Source: Lytechinus pictus (Eukaryota). Taken from it: DNA of 64,000 nucleotides. The notes beneath the pieces were generated by a model, which saw only the letters and a list, made by a program, of their open reading frames with translations, was not told the origin of the DNA and searched no databases. This document shows, one piece after another, positions 1 through 13,769 of the stretch (its first letter is position 1; each line of letters starts with the position of its first letter). The stretch spans positions 16,928,001-16,992,000 of the forward strand of contig NC_087250.1 in NCBI RefSeq assembly GCF_037042905.1, in the 5' to 3' direction. The position numbers and the translations under genes are program-made.

Positions 1-165
1 AGGCAAATCACTAGAGCTCTAAATAATCCCGAATACGACAACAGCATCTCTTATGATTTAAATACAAACTCAGAAGAGTTTCCCCTTAACTTTGATGACA
101 ATGACCCAGTACAACAGTTTGCTTCATCTAAATACTGTACGGTAAATGAATACAAATCGAATAGT

Positions 166-1950
166 TTGAACAATATAAATGAAAACACGTTTCTTTTACA
201 TTTAAATATAAAGAGCCTGAACAAGAATGTTGATCAGCTTGATCTACTTCTAGAACATTTTAATTCACATGATAGCCCTATTATTGGTCTGACTGAAACG
301 TGGCTCCAACACTCTAGTAACTCTCTTTTGAATATTGATGATTATTATTTACTCACAAACAACAGACATAATAGACCAGGAGGTGGTGTTGGTATGTATA
401 TACCGAACCGACTAGATTACTCTTGTTTAAACAATCTTACCCACATGACTGAAAGTCTTGAATCACTTTTTATAGAGGTTAAAAATAAACACAGTAGGAA
501 TGTTATAATGGGGGTGATTTACCGCCCTCCACAATGTCCCCATGATGATTTCCTAAGAGATATCCAAAACATTTTACAAAGTCCAATAATTCAAAATAAA
601 CACTGTTTCTTAATAGGTGACTTCAATGCCAATTTGTTGCAGTCCAATGCTCAAGGATTTCCTCACGATTTTCTTGAAATGATTCTTTCGGCTTCTTTTT
701 TACCTACCATAACTAAACCTACGAGAGTAACAGACCGATCTTCCACATTAATTGATAACATTTTTACTAATATGCAAGATATGCCTTTAGAATCAGGAAT
801 CGTTATTTCTGATATATCTGACCATTACCCTATTTTTTTGTACTAGTAGAACTACTCTTTTAAACACCGAGATGAAAGTCGTAATTCTAAAATAAAAACT
901 CGATGTTTAAATGCCAGAAATTTAGAACGCCTCAATAAAAATTTAAGTACAGTTGACTGGCAACAAATTTTTAATTCTGAATATGTGAATGAGGCTTACG
1001 ATAATTTTATTGATATTTTAAAGGATGAATTTGATATTTGTGTACCATTTAGAGAACGAGTGAGTAACTATAAAACATACCCTAGATCTTCATGGGTAAC
1101 TAAATCTATCTTAAGATCGATTAACCGGAAAAATAATCTGTTTTATAAATACAAAACTAATCCAAATAATAAGAATCGTGAAAAATACACTCGATATAAA
1201 AATGTTTTGACCAATTTACTACGACAAGCGAAAAAACATTATTATGCTATGCAATTTGAGCTTAATAAAAATAACATGAGAAACACATGGAAAATAATTA
1301 ACAGAACATTAAACAGAAACAGTAAAACGCAAAAAATATCAAAACTAAATCAGAGACTAACGATCTAATTGAAGAACCTCAACCGATAGCTGAGACTTTT
1401 AACTCGTACTTCTCTCAAATTGGAGAAAAACTTGCAGAAAATATTCCGCAGCTGGCAGTAAATTTGATAATTATCTGGGGAATAATAACACATCTTCTTT
1501 GTTTTTTGTCCCTACTGACCGTGCGGAAATTTTCGGTATAGTGAATAGGTTAGAAGGAAAGAAACGTTCAGGACACGACGAGATTGATAACTGTCTCCTC
1601 AAATCCATAATCTTCACAATAGCGACTCCGCTGGCCCACATTTTTAACCTATCACTCATTAGTGGCATTGTACCAAATAACATTAAAATTGCGAAAGTAA
1701 TCCCACTATTTAAAAAAGGAGACACATCTGAAACAAAAAAATTACAGACCAATATCACTGTCACCATCATTATCCAAAGTTTGGGAAAGGGTCGTATTTA
1801 TTTGAGTGACAGACTTCTTAAACAAACATAATATTTTTTGCGAATCACAGTTTGGCTTTCGAGCAAATCACAATACAACTCAAGCGGTATTAAAATGCAT
1901 CGATACATTATCACATGCCGTTGATCAACATTTACATACAATTGCAATAT
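166..1950 (+). mobile_element. Decayed CR1/L2-group LINE ORF2 (APE endonuclease plus start of RT), 3'-truncated
   Basis: ORF 166-846 has APE motifs (HLNIKSL, GLTETWL, YRPP, GDFN, IDNIF, SDHYP). Fragments 985-1368 and 1499-1831 continue ORF2 (KIAKVIPLFKKG) across stops and frameshifts. Homology ends just before the expected LDLSKAFD. Confidence 0.92.
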
Positions 1951-2975
1951 TCCACATTTACTCTTAATGAAACATTTATAAATTCACATACGATGTAAAT
2001 AAATGGATTGAAATGAGAAACCACGATAAAACTAATGATGACAGAATTCATGGGTTACACATCCATAACTGGAAACTAATGAAGTTAGTGCAAGTTAGTA
2101 TGCCGTACTTATAACAACAAATTAAAACAAACATTAAAATGAATATTAACACAAAATCACCAAATGCTTGGAAGAGTAGGCCTAATAGTATGCGAAATAA
2201 ACATAGGGCCTTTTCACACGAGAATCTTGAATCATCATTGTAATGATGATTGCAATTCGTCTTCACACGCTCACTCGAAAACTGTGATTTGAATTCGAAT
2301 TCCCGAGCAAATGCAGTATTGTCCTTGGTGACTTGCCGATCAAAGCACTGCATCCCAATACGATGAGTACATAGCAATTGTATTACATACGGCAGTGCTT
2401 GAAAGGTCACGTAAGCTCAGCCCCCAAAAGATGTTTTGGACGTCAAGCCTTTCAGACGTAAAATTGTTACCGTAATTTGAAAGAAACTTAACGGGAATTC
2501 ACATCTCGAGTAGAATTTGAATTCGTAATTGTGATTAGCGTTCGTGATTCTGGTTTGGTTTCACAAGTGCTAAAAATTCGTCATTAGAATTATTTTTCAC
2601 TGGAATCATCATTCAAATTACAGTGTACGATTTTGGTACCGTGACTGTGAAAGTGCGGCTAGTGATGTTAGGTTGATTATTAGAATTAAACAGAATGAAA
2701 ATGCGTTCTTTCATTGTCGTTAATATAATTAAAAAAATACGAAACAAGTTAATTAATTATCTATTTATTTCTTCTTGTACGAAGAGGAGGTGCATCATTG
2801 CTAAAGTTAACTTGTTCATTGAATGGGTTAAATGGAAGAGGTAATAATTATATAGGCCTACACTTCGTCGGCGGTAAGCCGAACCGTGGTATCAAACATT
2901 ACGACAATGCAAACCCATTTCAGAGAAAATCGACTTCAAAGTTTAGTCTAATTTTCAACGTTAGTTCCCCTGCCT

Positions 2976-3836
2976 CAGAGGCGTCGATCCGGGGGGGGGC
3001 AGGGGGGAGGCGATCGCCCCACGTATGAAAATATTGGGAGCAAACTTATCGTTTTGCCCCCCCCCCCCCCCCATAATTCTGCATGTGCAAAAATAAAATG
3101 AGATTGTAATGTTACACATAAATCAGCAAGCGAGATCTAGATATAAAAGTCGTTCTTTATTTAAAATCGTGCTCAAAATGTCCGCTTTTCAGATTGGAAT
3201 ATGAAAAATTTCAGCTCGCGCTTCGCGCTCGCATAATTTCTGTAGCAAAAACCCATAGATTTTATTATTAAATACATGTAGGTTAATAGAATGTCCCGTT
3301 TTCAGTTCTAAACCTCAAAAGAAATCCCGCTTCAATTTGCAATAATCTTTTGTTGGATATATATCTTGTTCTTCATTAAAAATGTCCATTAAACTGTCAT
3401 TTCTTTTCAGATCGAAATATCAAATTCTATCGTTCTTTTAGGTACCCATCTTAATCATTGGTACCAAAAATGCTTAGAATATCAAGCTTTCAGGTCAGAA
3501 TATAAAGAAATTTCTGCTCGCTCTCAGCACTCGCATTATCTGTGTAGTGACATATGTATCCTCCTCATGAGTTACTATAAATAGGTACCTCTTTCCTGTT
3601 TTCAGGTCATTATATTAAAACATTTCAGCTCGCGCTTCGCGCTTGCATTAATTTATTGGTGAGATATGTGTCTCTTTCTCACGAGTCATATATAATAGAG
3701 AGAGAGGGGGTGCCTATGTGTGTGAGGGTGTGTGTGGGTGAGTTTGTTTGTTCTGTGTGACCGAGCACCTTTGGAACGTTGATTCATGATTTTGCCCCCC
3801 CCCCCCCCCCATCTGAAAAATGGATCGACGCCCTTG
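2976..3836. mobile_element. Non-autonomous hAT-like element with internal CTCGCGCTTCGCGCTCGCA repeats
   Basis: TIRs CAGAGGCGTCGATCC / GGATCGACGCCCTTG; 8-bp flanks CCCTGCCT and CCCAGCCT (7/8 match). Confidence 0.7.
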
Positions 3837-4039
3837 CCCAGCCTTACAACATATTCATTGCCAGAAAAAAATGCAAGGTTGGAAAGACCAAGACAATTGC
3901 TTGACATTGGTTATTATTATTTTTCTACACAAGACCAAGGATAGGAGAAAACATCGCAAAAGAGCTACATGCTTGTAATTTTGGTTTGATCGGCTTAGAT
4001 TTTCCCTGTACAAAAACGCCATAGGGAAAAAGCGATACG

Positions 4040-4525
4040 ACATTTTTCACAAAATAGTTAATATATGCACAACTCAGTGAAATGCAAATGAGAGATTCGG
4101 TGATGTCCATCACTCGCTATTCCTTTTGTTTTTTATTGGTGAACTATACATTATTTCAATTTTTAGACATTTGACAATAAGGACCCACTTGACTGAATCG
4201 TAAATTGCTGAAACAATGGTAATTCCACATGTTCAGAGAGGAATAAAACTCTGTTCACGGGACAGTTGGGAAAACACTAGAATGTTTCATATTTCATTTA
4301 ATAACTACAAAAGATATAGTGAGTGGGTGACGTCATCAGTTCTCTCATTTGCTTACCGACCAGGATGCTGTGCATATAACTGTTTTGTGAAATTAAGCAA
4401 AAGTTTAAAATATCATAACTTTCTTATTTTACATCCGATATTGATCAAATTTCAGTGTTATGCTTGTTTGATTTTTCTCTTTTCATTCAAATTAACTTTT
4501 TTATTGGGGTGGACTTGTCCTTTAA
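4040..4525. mobile_element. Partial TTAA-type (Kolobok/piggyBac-like) MITE
   Basis: Ends GGGGTGGACTTGTCCTTTAA; body resembles the copy at 34900-35460. Confidence 0.55.
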
Positions 4526-5000
4526 TAGGCCAATAATGGCTACTTGCTTTTCGCTCACATCTCTTTCATTACTTGATGTGTTTTGTTATTTTGTCTAAGT
4601 TTTACAATTACCACTGTTATTTTTCTTTCATTGGTTTCATTTTAATGGATCATATCCTGCTCTTAAAAAAATGTGGAAACAAATGAATTTTAATTTGAAA
4701 ACCCCCACTACACACCACCCCTTGGGTCATTGATCAGCGGTAGCGGAACGGTTTTGAAAGTGAGGGCTGAGTAAAAAGGAGGGGCGCTGACCATTTAAAA
4801 AAATCACCTTCACATAGCAATTTTAACGTTTTGTACACTAATTTTGGGGAAAAAAGTGTGTGTGTGGAGGCGGGGGGGGGGGGGGGCTAATTCCACGGCC
4901 TTTGGTGATATCAACTCACAAGGTACTTCATGAAGAACTGCACACTACCTCCCCCGTTACCAGTTTGATTTGCTGGCGAAACATAGGTTTTCAACAAATG

Positions 5001-5682
5001 AAAGGGGAAGTTCGAGGCGCGGTAGCTCAGTCGGTAGAGCGGGGGATTCGTATTCCGGTGACCCGGGTTCGATTCCCACTTGGTGCGCTAGTGCCCTTTA
5101 GTAAGGCATTAATCCTCAGTACCAGGTCCTTCGGAGAGGACCTTAAGCCGTCGGTCCTCTGGTTGCTTGCTTACAAGCATTCATGCTTTCTTAGCAATCA
5201 GGTAAAAAATCACCACCACCACTTTGACAAAAATTTGTTGTAAAAATAGCCAAAAAAAATCTAAGAAAGAATTCATTTATTAGAATTTCAATTATTGGAT
5301 TTGTGACGTCATTTTACAAACAACATTCATACATAGCGTATGGTAAGAAAATCAGTGAAATGTTATTTTCTCAGAAAATGAAAATGGTTTTCGCTGTACC
5401 TTTTGTATATTAATAGACAAATCATTTCATGCCCGATCATGAATAGAAAACAAATATATGTCATCTATAATAATAAAAAAAAAGAAATTCATGCATTTTA
5501 TATCACATAAGATGATGTTATATTACATAACGTCAAAAATCCGAAATTTAACATTCTAATAACTTTTTTCAATTTTTACGGGAATTTCCTAAAACCTTCA
5601 CCAAGTTTTTTTTTTATCATTTATTAGCATTATTTCTGCTATTTATAATACAAATTTTTCTTCAGGATGAACCTCCCCTTTA
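5001..5682. mobile_element. TTAA-type MITE interrupted by a SINE
   Basis: Left end AAAGGGGAAGTTC, right end GAACCTCCCCTTTAA. A related right end lies at ~8500-8518. Confidence 0.55.
5014..5220 (+). mobile_element. tRNA-derived SINE with Meta-like central core and (CAC)n tail
   Basis: Pol III A box TAGCTCAGTCGG, B box GGTTCGATTCC, then non-tRNA body including CCTTCGGAGAGGACCTTAAGCCGTCGGTCC and a CACCACCACC tail. Confidence 0.85.
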
Positions 5683-7080
5683 AAGAGCTGTTTTTAGAGG
5701 GAAAAGGAAAAAAAAAAGATAGGTGAAAATTTGAAAAACATGGGGCAAACAATAAGAAAGTAGTGAATTTTAAAAAAATGTACAAATTGGTAATCACTCT
5801 ACCCATGAAGACATCAAATTGGCCACATTGGTCATGCCATGGTGATACACCACAGGGACTACTCTTCCATTTACTCCAATACATAAATTGGCTAAAAATG
5901 TATTTTTGGGGTTTTAATTTAAATTATTTTTTCCTTTCATGAGGACAACAAAAACTTCAAACCTTGGTTATATTTGAATTATGCCCCGTGGAATAGTCTT
6001 GTCCTCCTCGGTACACTGTCTTAGTTTTGTTTTTTTCTCTGTTAGATATTCCCTCTTGTTTTGTTAAATTTATCTTACATATAATATTTGAATCGTTATC
6101 TTGTGTATATATATTTGTGTATACCATGGGTATGAATATATTGGCTTGATTGTGTTAATTTTTGTATAGTGCATAAATATACGAAGCTTGACCCCATTAG
6201 TACTCTTCAAATATTCTATTGAACATTGTTAATTTCTATTTGTATTAGATAAATTTTAATCAGTTATTTATTTCACGGCACTCACATAAACAAGCGAAGC
6301 TTTCCAGTGAGTTCCCTTTTTTCATATCTGTTATTCATATTCTGTTTTGTTCCTACTTACTTTGTTAATTTGTTTGAAATGAAGAAAAAAAAAATTCAAT
6401 CAATCAATAGGTACTCCGGATAAAATCTTCTATATAAGAAGCCCTTTTTCAAAAGCTCTGCTTCTATTGGGTTCCAAACCTATCATGTATTATTTGTTGT
6501 CAAACTGTGTAATAAATATCTTGTTTGATTGATTTTGAATAAACTCGAACTTGAACTAAATCCCTATCCCTGATACAATAATTTCATGGCAAATTGAAAA
6601 GTTGTCCTTACCACTTGTCATCATTTACTTACCCAGCTGCCAATGTGACATTTATATTATATAGTCCCAGGGATCTCAATTTTTAAAACAGCGCCAGCCC
6701 ATAACTTTCTTATTGTTTTGTCAAATTTCTTTAAAACTTTAACGGTTCTGTTTTATTTATTTTTCTCCTCTTCCACATAACATTTTATATTGAAGGTTGG
6801 ATTCCCCTTTCAGCCATATATGCATAAATGATAAATTACAAAGATTTGAACAAATTCACTAGGTGCAGATGGGGCTGCATTCACCCACTTTTTTCCGTTG
6901 ACTTGTACAAAAAAAAGAGCATCTGAATGTGATTTTTTGGAAGGTTTAGCCCCCCCCCCCCTCCATTTCAAAACAGTTCCGTGGCCACAAGATAGTAATT
7001 TTAGAGATGATTGGAGTCTTGGGGAAAAAAGGAGGTCGAGAAAAGGAGATAAGAAGAGGAACGGGTAGAGAAAAGAGAGA

Positions 7081-7082
7081 AA

Positions 7083-7130
<48 letters not shown>
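7081..7130. repeat. (TA)n(GA)n microsatellite
   Basis: Directly visible. Confidence 0.95.
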
Positions 7131-7132
<2 letters not shown>

Positions 7133-8604
7133 CCGTTCTTATCTACGTCCTTAAACTGGCTAGTTTAGTGGAAACCGGTCAAACGTGTATTAGGAACACT
7201 CGAAGCGGTCTTGATGGATGCGACCGGATTTCAAGACCGAATTGCCTGGTTATAGTCGTTTAAGGGAAACCAGTAACAGAAATTTTACTGAGAGAAGGGG
7301 AGAGGGGGTGCAGATGAAGATAGTAAGAGGGAGAAATAATGTAACGAAATAAGGAAAGGGGAGGAAGGAAAGTAGGAAGGGAGGGAAGAGAGGGAGAGAG
7401 TAAAGGAGGAAGAAAGAGAATGGGATAAAAATTAGTGAAGAACGCGAAGAGATTAAAACATATACATAATACACTCTAAACAAGATTTACCCAATATTGG
7501 GTAAAATGGGAACATGCATGAAGGCTGGGTAAAAAAATGATATATTTTGTGAATTTTACGAAACGCCTCGCTGGAATTTACTCTTAAAACATGCATTTAG
7601 CCCAATATGGGGTAAAGCAAAATACCTAGCAAACATGCATGTTCCCTTTCTACCCAATATTGGGTAAAATTATGGACTGACCAATACGCTGGGCCAGCGA
7701 AAGTAGCAAGGCAACGCCGAGAGTTAACATCTTGGAATGGCACGGTGAAATATCCGCTGTATTCGAAGATCAAATGAATTATGATTCTTGATAAAATAGT
7801 AAACGAAGAGCAACACTGGTTATAGATGTGAGGTTAATCAAGCTCAACAGCTTCACTTTCAAGTGATAATATACTGATAGGGTTTTGGTACTCTACAATG
7901 ATAGTTCATTATGAAACCATTTGTATATGACTGTGTTAACTGACTGGGAACAACTACTGTAGTACAAGGACAGTAACAAATACCGTTACTCGGAAGACTT
8001 GGAGAATTGAATTTAAATTGGATTTTAATATTTCACTCGCTGAGTGCTTAATGATTGCTATTTAACCTTCTATAACATGCCACATTCATGCTCGCACGCC
8101 TACTATTGATTACTTTGTGCTTCCCTGTTACGGAATATTACCAGAATGTGCCGTAACATAGTAACGACACATTATAGTAAATTGCACATTTTAGACATTT
8201 TTCCTGGTTCATGATGGGTATTTTTTTTTCTTTCTAGAGCGGATGTGAAATAATTTATTGATATACTTAGAGAACTATAAAAAACATTTTCATTTTTAAG
8301 GATACTAACTAAATTTTTTTAAGGATACTACATTTCATTATTTTTGTTACTATAAAATACAGGGAGGAGCTGCTCCCATCTTACGTCACAAATACGCCAA
8401 TTGAAATTCCTATAGCTTTGTAGATATTTGATGGATTATCCCCGAACCCTTAATATTTTCTATTATTAATTCTCCTATTCTTTCAATACACTTTTTGAAG
8501 GGTGAACTTCCCCTTTAAATTGTTTGACCGCCAAACAGGGACGAAGCAATTCTCTTTTAACGTCTTTTGGTCTGACGCTGTCGGTGCTTGAGCTCCCGAT
8601 CTCC

Positions 8605-9542
8605 TAGCCTCTTGTCGAGGCCCTGTCGGCTGCTTTCCGAGCGAACATGGCCGAATTTCACCGACTTTCTTTTGTTTTTTTATTGTTTTTAACAATATTT
8701 CGACCAAGAACTGGTCGGTGAAAATCATCCAATGAGAGCACGGGCCGCTATGACGTCATATTGAATATTCATGAGCTCATCTTGAATGGCGACCCGTGGA
8801 TTCTTGGCGAAGAGTGACGACGAAATATCAAAGAGCATTGAATATGCCTCTAGAATGCTGAATATTGACCGATTTAAGGATTTGCAAGTCGATGAAATTA
8901 AATCTGCACTGAAAGGACGAGATGTTTTTTGTAAATCTACCCACAGGATATGGAAAAAATGTAATACTTCATGCGATTCCAATATGCGTCGATTACGGGG
9001 TCGATTATCGATCTCCGCTGTGCAGTGAGGGAATGCTGGAGTGAATTGAAGTTGCTTCCCCTTTACTCGAGTCTGACCAGCGGCTGACCAGTATCTCCCG
9101 GGAGGTTTCGGGGCGGTGATGGGTCTGCATGTTACGGCCAGTACTAGTAATACCACTGCTTGTAGCATTTTGCTGTTTATATCCCCTTTAGTGTTCCGCA
9201 ATTAAATGAATCCCCTGCAGAATAGTGGACTACTATAGTATTCCGAACCCCGGACGAAACAGCTTTGACATTTCATTGGTTACTAGGTGACCGGTAATAT
9301 CATGACTCATGTATATTCATTAGGAAGACGTTCCTCATGAATATATAATTCAGCTCAGATGTCAAGAGGCCCTGGCTCGCGCCAGGCCTAATTCGCTTTG
9401 CGAATTAGGAAATCCCTCGCTTCGCTCGTGAAGCAGCCGCCAGGGCCTCGACCTGGCTCGCGCCAGGCCTAATTCGCTTTGCGAATTAGGAAATCCCTCG
9501 CTTCGCTCGTGAAGCAGCCGCCAGGGCTTCGACAAGAGGCTA
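8605..9542 (+). mobile_element. Non-autonomous AcademH-like DNA transposon with a RecQ-type helicase remnant
   Basis: ~41-bp TIRs TAGCCTCTTGTCGA.../...TCGACAAGAGGCTA; perfect 9-bp TSD CCGATCTCC (8596-8604, 9543-9551); frameshifted FKDLQ...ALKGRDVF|VNLPTGYGK (helicase motif I); ~81-bp subterminal tandem duplication at 9371-9531. Confidence 0.8.
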
Positions 9543-9900
9543 CCGATCTCCCGGTTGTGAGGCAAACATGTTCCCATTGTCGAACACACGATGGGTATCC
9601 ATTGAATCGTTCCGAAGTAATGGAGATCTGTAAAATTCAATATCAGCCATCTAGCATATAAATGATTAATAGCAATGAAAAATGGATTGCCATCAGTTAT
9701 ACCATACATGTATTTTGATTTGAGCTAGTTATAGTGCCTTTTTTTCGCTCACAATAATCAATATTTAGAACTAAAGGCAATCATGTCAAATTTGTCATGT
9801 TGCCAGGTCATATTGGAATTTAAAATGGCAGCTATAAAGTGTGTTATATGTTCATTATCCATCCGATATTTGAATATAGCATATAATACAAGTGGTTTGT

Positions 9901-11074
9901 TTTTTTTCTCACATGCATATCAGAGTGAGACTATAGGCGCCACCTTTCCGACAGCGGAGGCGGCGCCGGCGGCGTCAACACCAAATCTTAACCGAAGGTT
10001 AAGTTTTTGAAATGACAGCATAACTTAGAAAGTGTATAGACCTAGTTCATCAAACTTAGCCATACGGTTGATAAAGTATTACTAAACATCCTGCTTGAGT
10101 TTCAGGTCACATGACCAAGGTCAAATGTCATTAGGGTCCCTGAACTTAGACCTAATCAACATCAAAATCTTAACCTAAGGTTAAGTTTTTTAAATGTCGT
10201 CTTAACTTGTAAAATATATGGACCTAGTTCATGAAACTTAAACATAAGGTCAATCAAACACTACTAACCATCCTGCCTGGGTTTCAAGTCACATGACTAA
10301 GGTCAAAGGTCATTTAGGGTTAATGAACTTTGGCCAAATTGTGGGTATCTGTTGAATTACCATAATAACTTTGAAAGTTTATTGGTCTAGTTCATAAAAC
10401 TTGGACATAAGAGTAATCAAGTATCACTGAACATCTTGTGCGAATTACAGGTCACATGACCCAGGTCAAAGGTCAATGAACTTTGGCCATAATCGGGTAT
10501 CTGTTGAATTACCATCATAACTTTAAAAGTCTATGGATCTGATTCATTAAACTTGGACATAAGAGTAATCAAGTATCATTGAAAATCCTGTGCTAATTTC
10601 AGGTTACATGACCAAGGTCAAAGGTCAATGAACTTTGGCCATGTGGGGGGGGGGGGTGGGGGTATCTGTTGAAATACCATCCTAACTTTGAAAGTGTCAT
10701 TGGTCTAGTTCATAAAACGCGGACGTAAGTGTCATCAAGTATAACTGAACACCTAATGCGAGTTTCAGGTCACATGACCAAAGCCAAGGTCATTGGATAT
10801 TGGCTATTTAAAGCTAATTAATTACTATATTAGATTGCTGTCATAGTTTTCAAAGTTTATAGATATAATGTATAAAATTGGGATATAGGGGTAATCAAGT
10901 ATCACTGACAAATTTTAGGTCACATGATCAAGGTCAATGTCAATGAACGTAGTATTGTATCATTATATGAATGGTGTTTTTTGTGAATAATTATTCTATA
11001 GTTTTCAAAGTCAGCACTGCTGCTATATTGAATCGCGTGATGCTGGTGAGATTGCCAGAGGCGCTCCATTTGTT
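9901..11074. repeat. Interspersed repeat with tandem AGGTCACATGACCAAGGTCAAAGGTCA units (possibly a Helentron-associated non-autonomous element)
   Basis: About seven diverged units; short subterminal inverted motifs CTCACATGCAT and ATGCTGGTGAGA; T-rich flanks. Family assignment is inference. Confidence 0.55.
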
Positions 11075-11129
11075 TATAATATAAATTTACAGTGTCACAG
11101 GTAATGTAGAACTCAAGAAAACATTTGGT

Positions 11130-12900
11130 GGAAGATATTCATGGTAGCCATTTAACATTAGCGATCAATTTTAGCTGATCCGGAGGATCAATTACTTGGG
11201 GCGGCAGTATTCTAAAACCAGCAGCCCAAATCCTGCCTGTATGTCTGGAATGCAGTGCTTTATTTTAATGATATTTCAAGGCAGTCCTTTTAGATTTCAA
11301 GATGGTGGCAAATTTGCAGCTGATCCATGGGGTATATTACCGGGGATGGGTTTAATACCCCTAGATGCCAAATTTCAAAATGAAACGCTGTGTAATACTA
11401 TATACATGTAGATAAAGCAATTTTTTATGACGGACATCTTGGATTTCAAGGTGGCTGCCATTTTGCAGCTGACTCGGGGGAACAGATCGTTGACGGCCAG
11501 CAATATTTGAAACAAGCACCCCAAACTGCCCCTATATTTTTAAGCGCGATACCGCATATAAAACTCGAGGAAATAATTGCAATGATACTTCATGGCAGCC
11601 ATCTTGAAATTCAAGTTGCCAGCCATTTTTCCGCCGACCAATTGTAGATTGCTTGGAGCCAGTAATTATTTTAAATGAGCGCCCCAAATACCCATGTACG
11701 CCAAATTCCAGTGCCACATGTCATGTAAGATTGAAGAAAATCAGTTTTAATAATTTTTCATGGCGGTCATGTTGGATTTAAAAATGGTGCACAATCTCGT
11801 GGTCAGATCGCTTGTGGTTAGCAAAATTTGAAATCAGTGCCCCAAACTACCCCTATAGCCCGAATTCCAATACTGCAATTCATATAAAACTCGAGAAAAT
11901 GTTTGCAATGGTATTATATGGCGACCATCTTGAATTTCAGGATGGCGGCCGTTTTGCCGCCGTCCAAATGGTCAAATTGATGGGGGCCGGCAATATTCGA
12001 AATCAGTGCCTCAAAATCCTCCATTACGCAAAATTTCAGTGTCTCATGCCACATAAAACTGAAGAAAGTGATTTTTAAGGATTTTTCACAGCGGCCATCT
12101 TGGATTTCAAGATGGCGGCAAATTTTGCCGCCGACCAGGTGGTTACATTGGTGGGGGGGGGGGGGGGGCGACAATATTTGAATGCAGTCCCTCAAAATAC
12201 CCCTTTATGCCGAATTTCAGTGTCACATGCCATGTAAAATTCAAGAAAATGTTATTTAATGATTTTTATGTCAGCCATCTTGGATTTAAAAATGGCGACG
12301 GACCCGATGGTCAAATTGCTTGGGACCGGCAATATTTCTTAAACAGCGCCCCAAATTATGCCTATATGCCACATTTCAATACGGCAGTTCATAGAAACCG
12401 CAAGAAAATGATTGCAATAATATTTGACGGCGGCCATCTTGGATTTCAAGGTGTCGGCCATAATGTCGCCGACCAAATGGTCAAATCGCTAGGGACCGGC
12501 AAAAACAGCGCCCTAAATTTCACGCCTATATGCCACATTTCAATACCGCAGTTCAGATAAACCTCGAGAAAATGACTGCAATATCATTCATGGCAGCCAT
12601 CTTGGATTTGCCGCCGACCAGGTATTTACATTGCTAGGGGTCAGTAATATTTGAAATCATTGCCTCAAAATACCCCGGAATGCCAAATTCCAGTGTCAAA
12701 TGCCATGTAAAATTTAATGAAATAATATTTAATGATTTTTATGGCGGCCATTTTGGATTTCAAAATGGCGGCCGACCCGATGATCAAACCGCTTACGGGC
12801 GGTATTTTTTTTCAATAAGCTCCCAAAATTACCTCTGAATGCCAAACTTCACATTTTCTGCCAGATCCAAGCATCTTGGTCATTTTTTTCACTAAAGCCC
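11130..12900. repeat. Diverged ~160-bp tandem repeat array with palindromic GGCGGCCATCTTGGATTTCAAGATGGCGGC cores
   Basis: Core recurs about ten times between ~11280 and 12775. Confidence 0.75.
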
Positions 12901-13169
12901 CTTTTACACTTTTAATGGTGCAACACGGATCTCAGTCCGTGGTGATCCGAGGTGCCGAATCGTTATTTTCTCCCATCACCAGAGTGAATACGGATTCAAA
13001 TGGTTATTTAAACGGAAATGTACGGAGAATTGCAGTTTCTACAAGGATATACAAGTTGGCACTAGGGATCAGGTGTTTAATATATTTTTTTATTGAATAG
13101 CGATTGTTGTATTTCACAGAATATCATCGTCATCGTTCATCAATAGGTTGTTTGAGTCAAAGATAACAT

Positions 13170-13175
13170 TTTATT
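13170..13175 (-). promoter_or_regulatory. Candidate poly(A) signal of the P450 gene
   Basis: AATAAA on the minus strand ~175 nt past the stop codon. Confidence 0.4.
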
Positions 13176-13349
13176 ATTAAAGAAAAGAATCATTAAACAA
13201 TAATATAATTTTTAGCATCAATTTTTAATATACCTAGAGAAAAATCACGAAATAAATATTTTCTATTCAGAAATCATTAAGCCCATATCATCAACTCAAA
13301 ATAATAATGAAAAACAACACCGGCACCATCAGATATAGGTTTATATTGT

Positions 13350-13519
13350 TTACATTCTTTTCACAAATTTCACATTATATGGTTCTGCAAAGTCCCCGGA
13401 CTGGCCGAGGTCCGGTTCCGTTCCTTCTGGTAGAACTATCTGGAACTCTTGGATCAGGGCTATCATAGTCTTGAACAGGGTCCTGCGAGCGATCTTCTCC
13501 CCCGGACAGGAGCGCAGGC
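13350..13519 (-). CDS. Cytochrome P450 (clan 2, CYP2-like) exon 7, last; heme-ligating Cys
   Basis: Acceptor ccgatccAG, phase 1; completes PFGVG-LRSCPGE; ends ...KFVKRM-TAA. Confidence 0.93.
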
Positions 13520-13769
13520 CTGGATCGGTTAAAGATAAATTCAAATAGTTGCAATCAACATTAACTGGGGCGTGATTGTGGCTCGACGGTAGGGCCCCAG
13601 CCTCATGAACGGGTGGTTATAGGTTCAATTTTATTCTTTATATTTTTTTTTAAATGGCACCTTCTGCTTTCTTGTTCGGCTTTTAGCGTCATTTGAGAAG
13701 GGTAATAATAGCAATATTGATAATGCATATGGATCGGGAGGGATAACATAAAGAAATACTGTTGGTGGG

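Noticed and set aside
5014..5090. Possible tRNA gene
   Set aside because: A and B boxes are present but the acceptor and anticodon stems are poor, and it runs into a SINE core and tail.
8725..9201. Minus-strand 158-aa ORF with a signal-peptide-like start
   Set aside because: Lies inside the Academ-like element, antisense to the helicase remnant; no recognisable motif.
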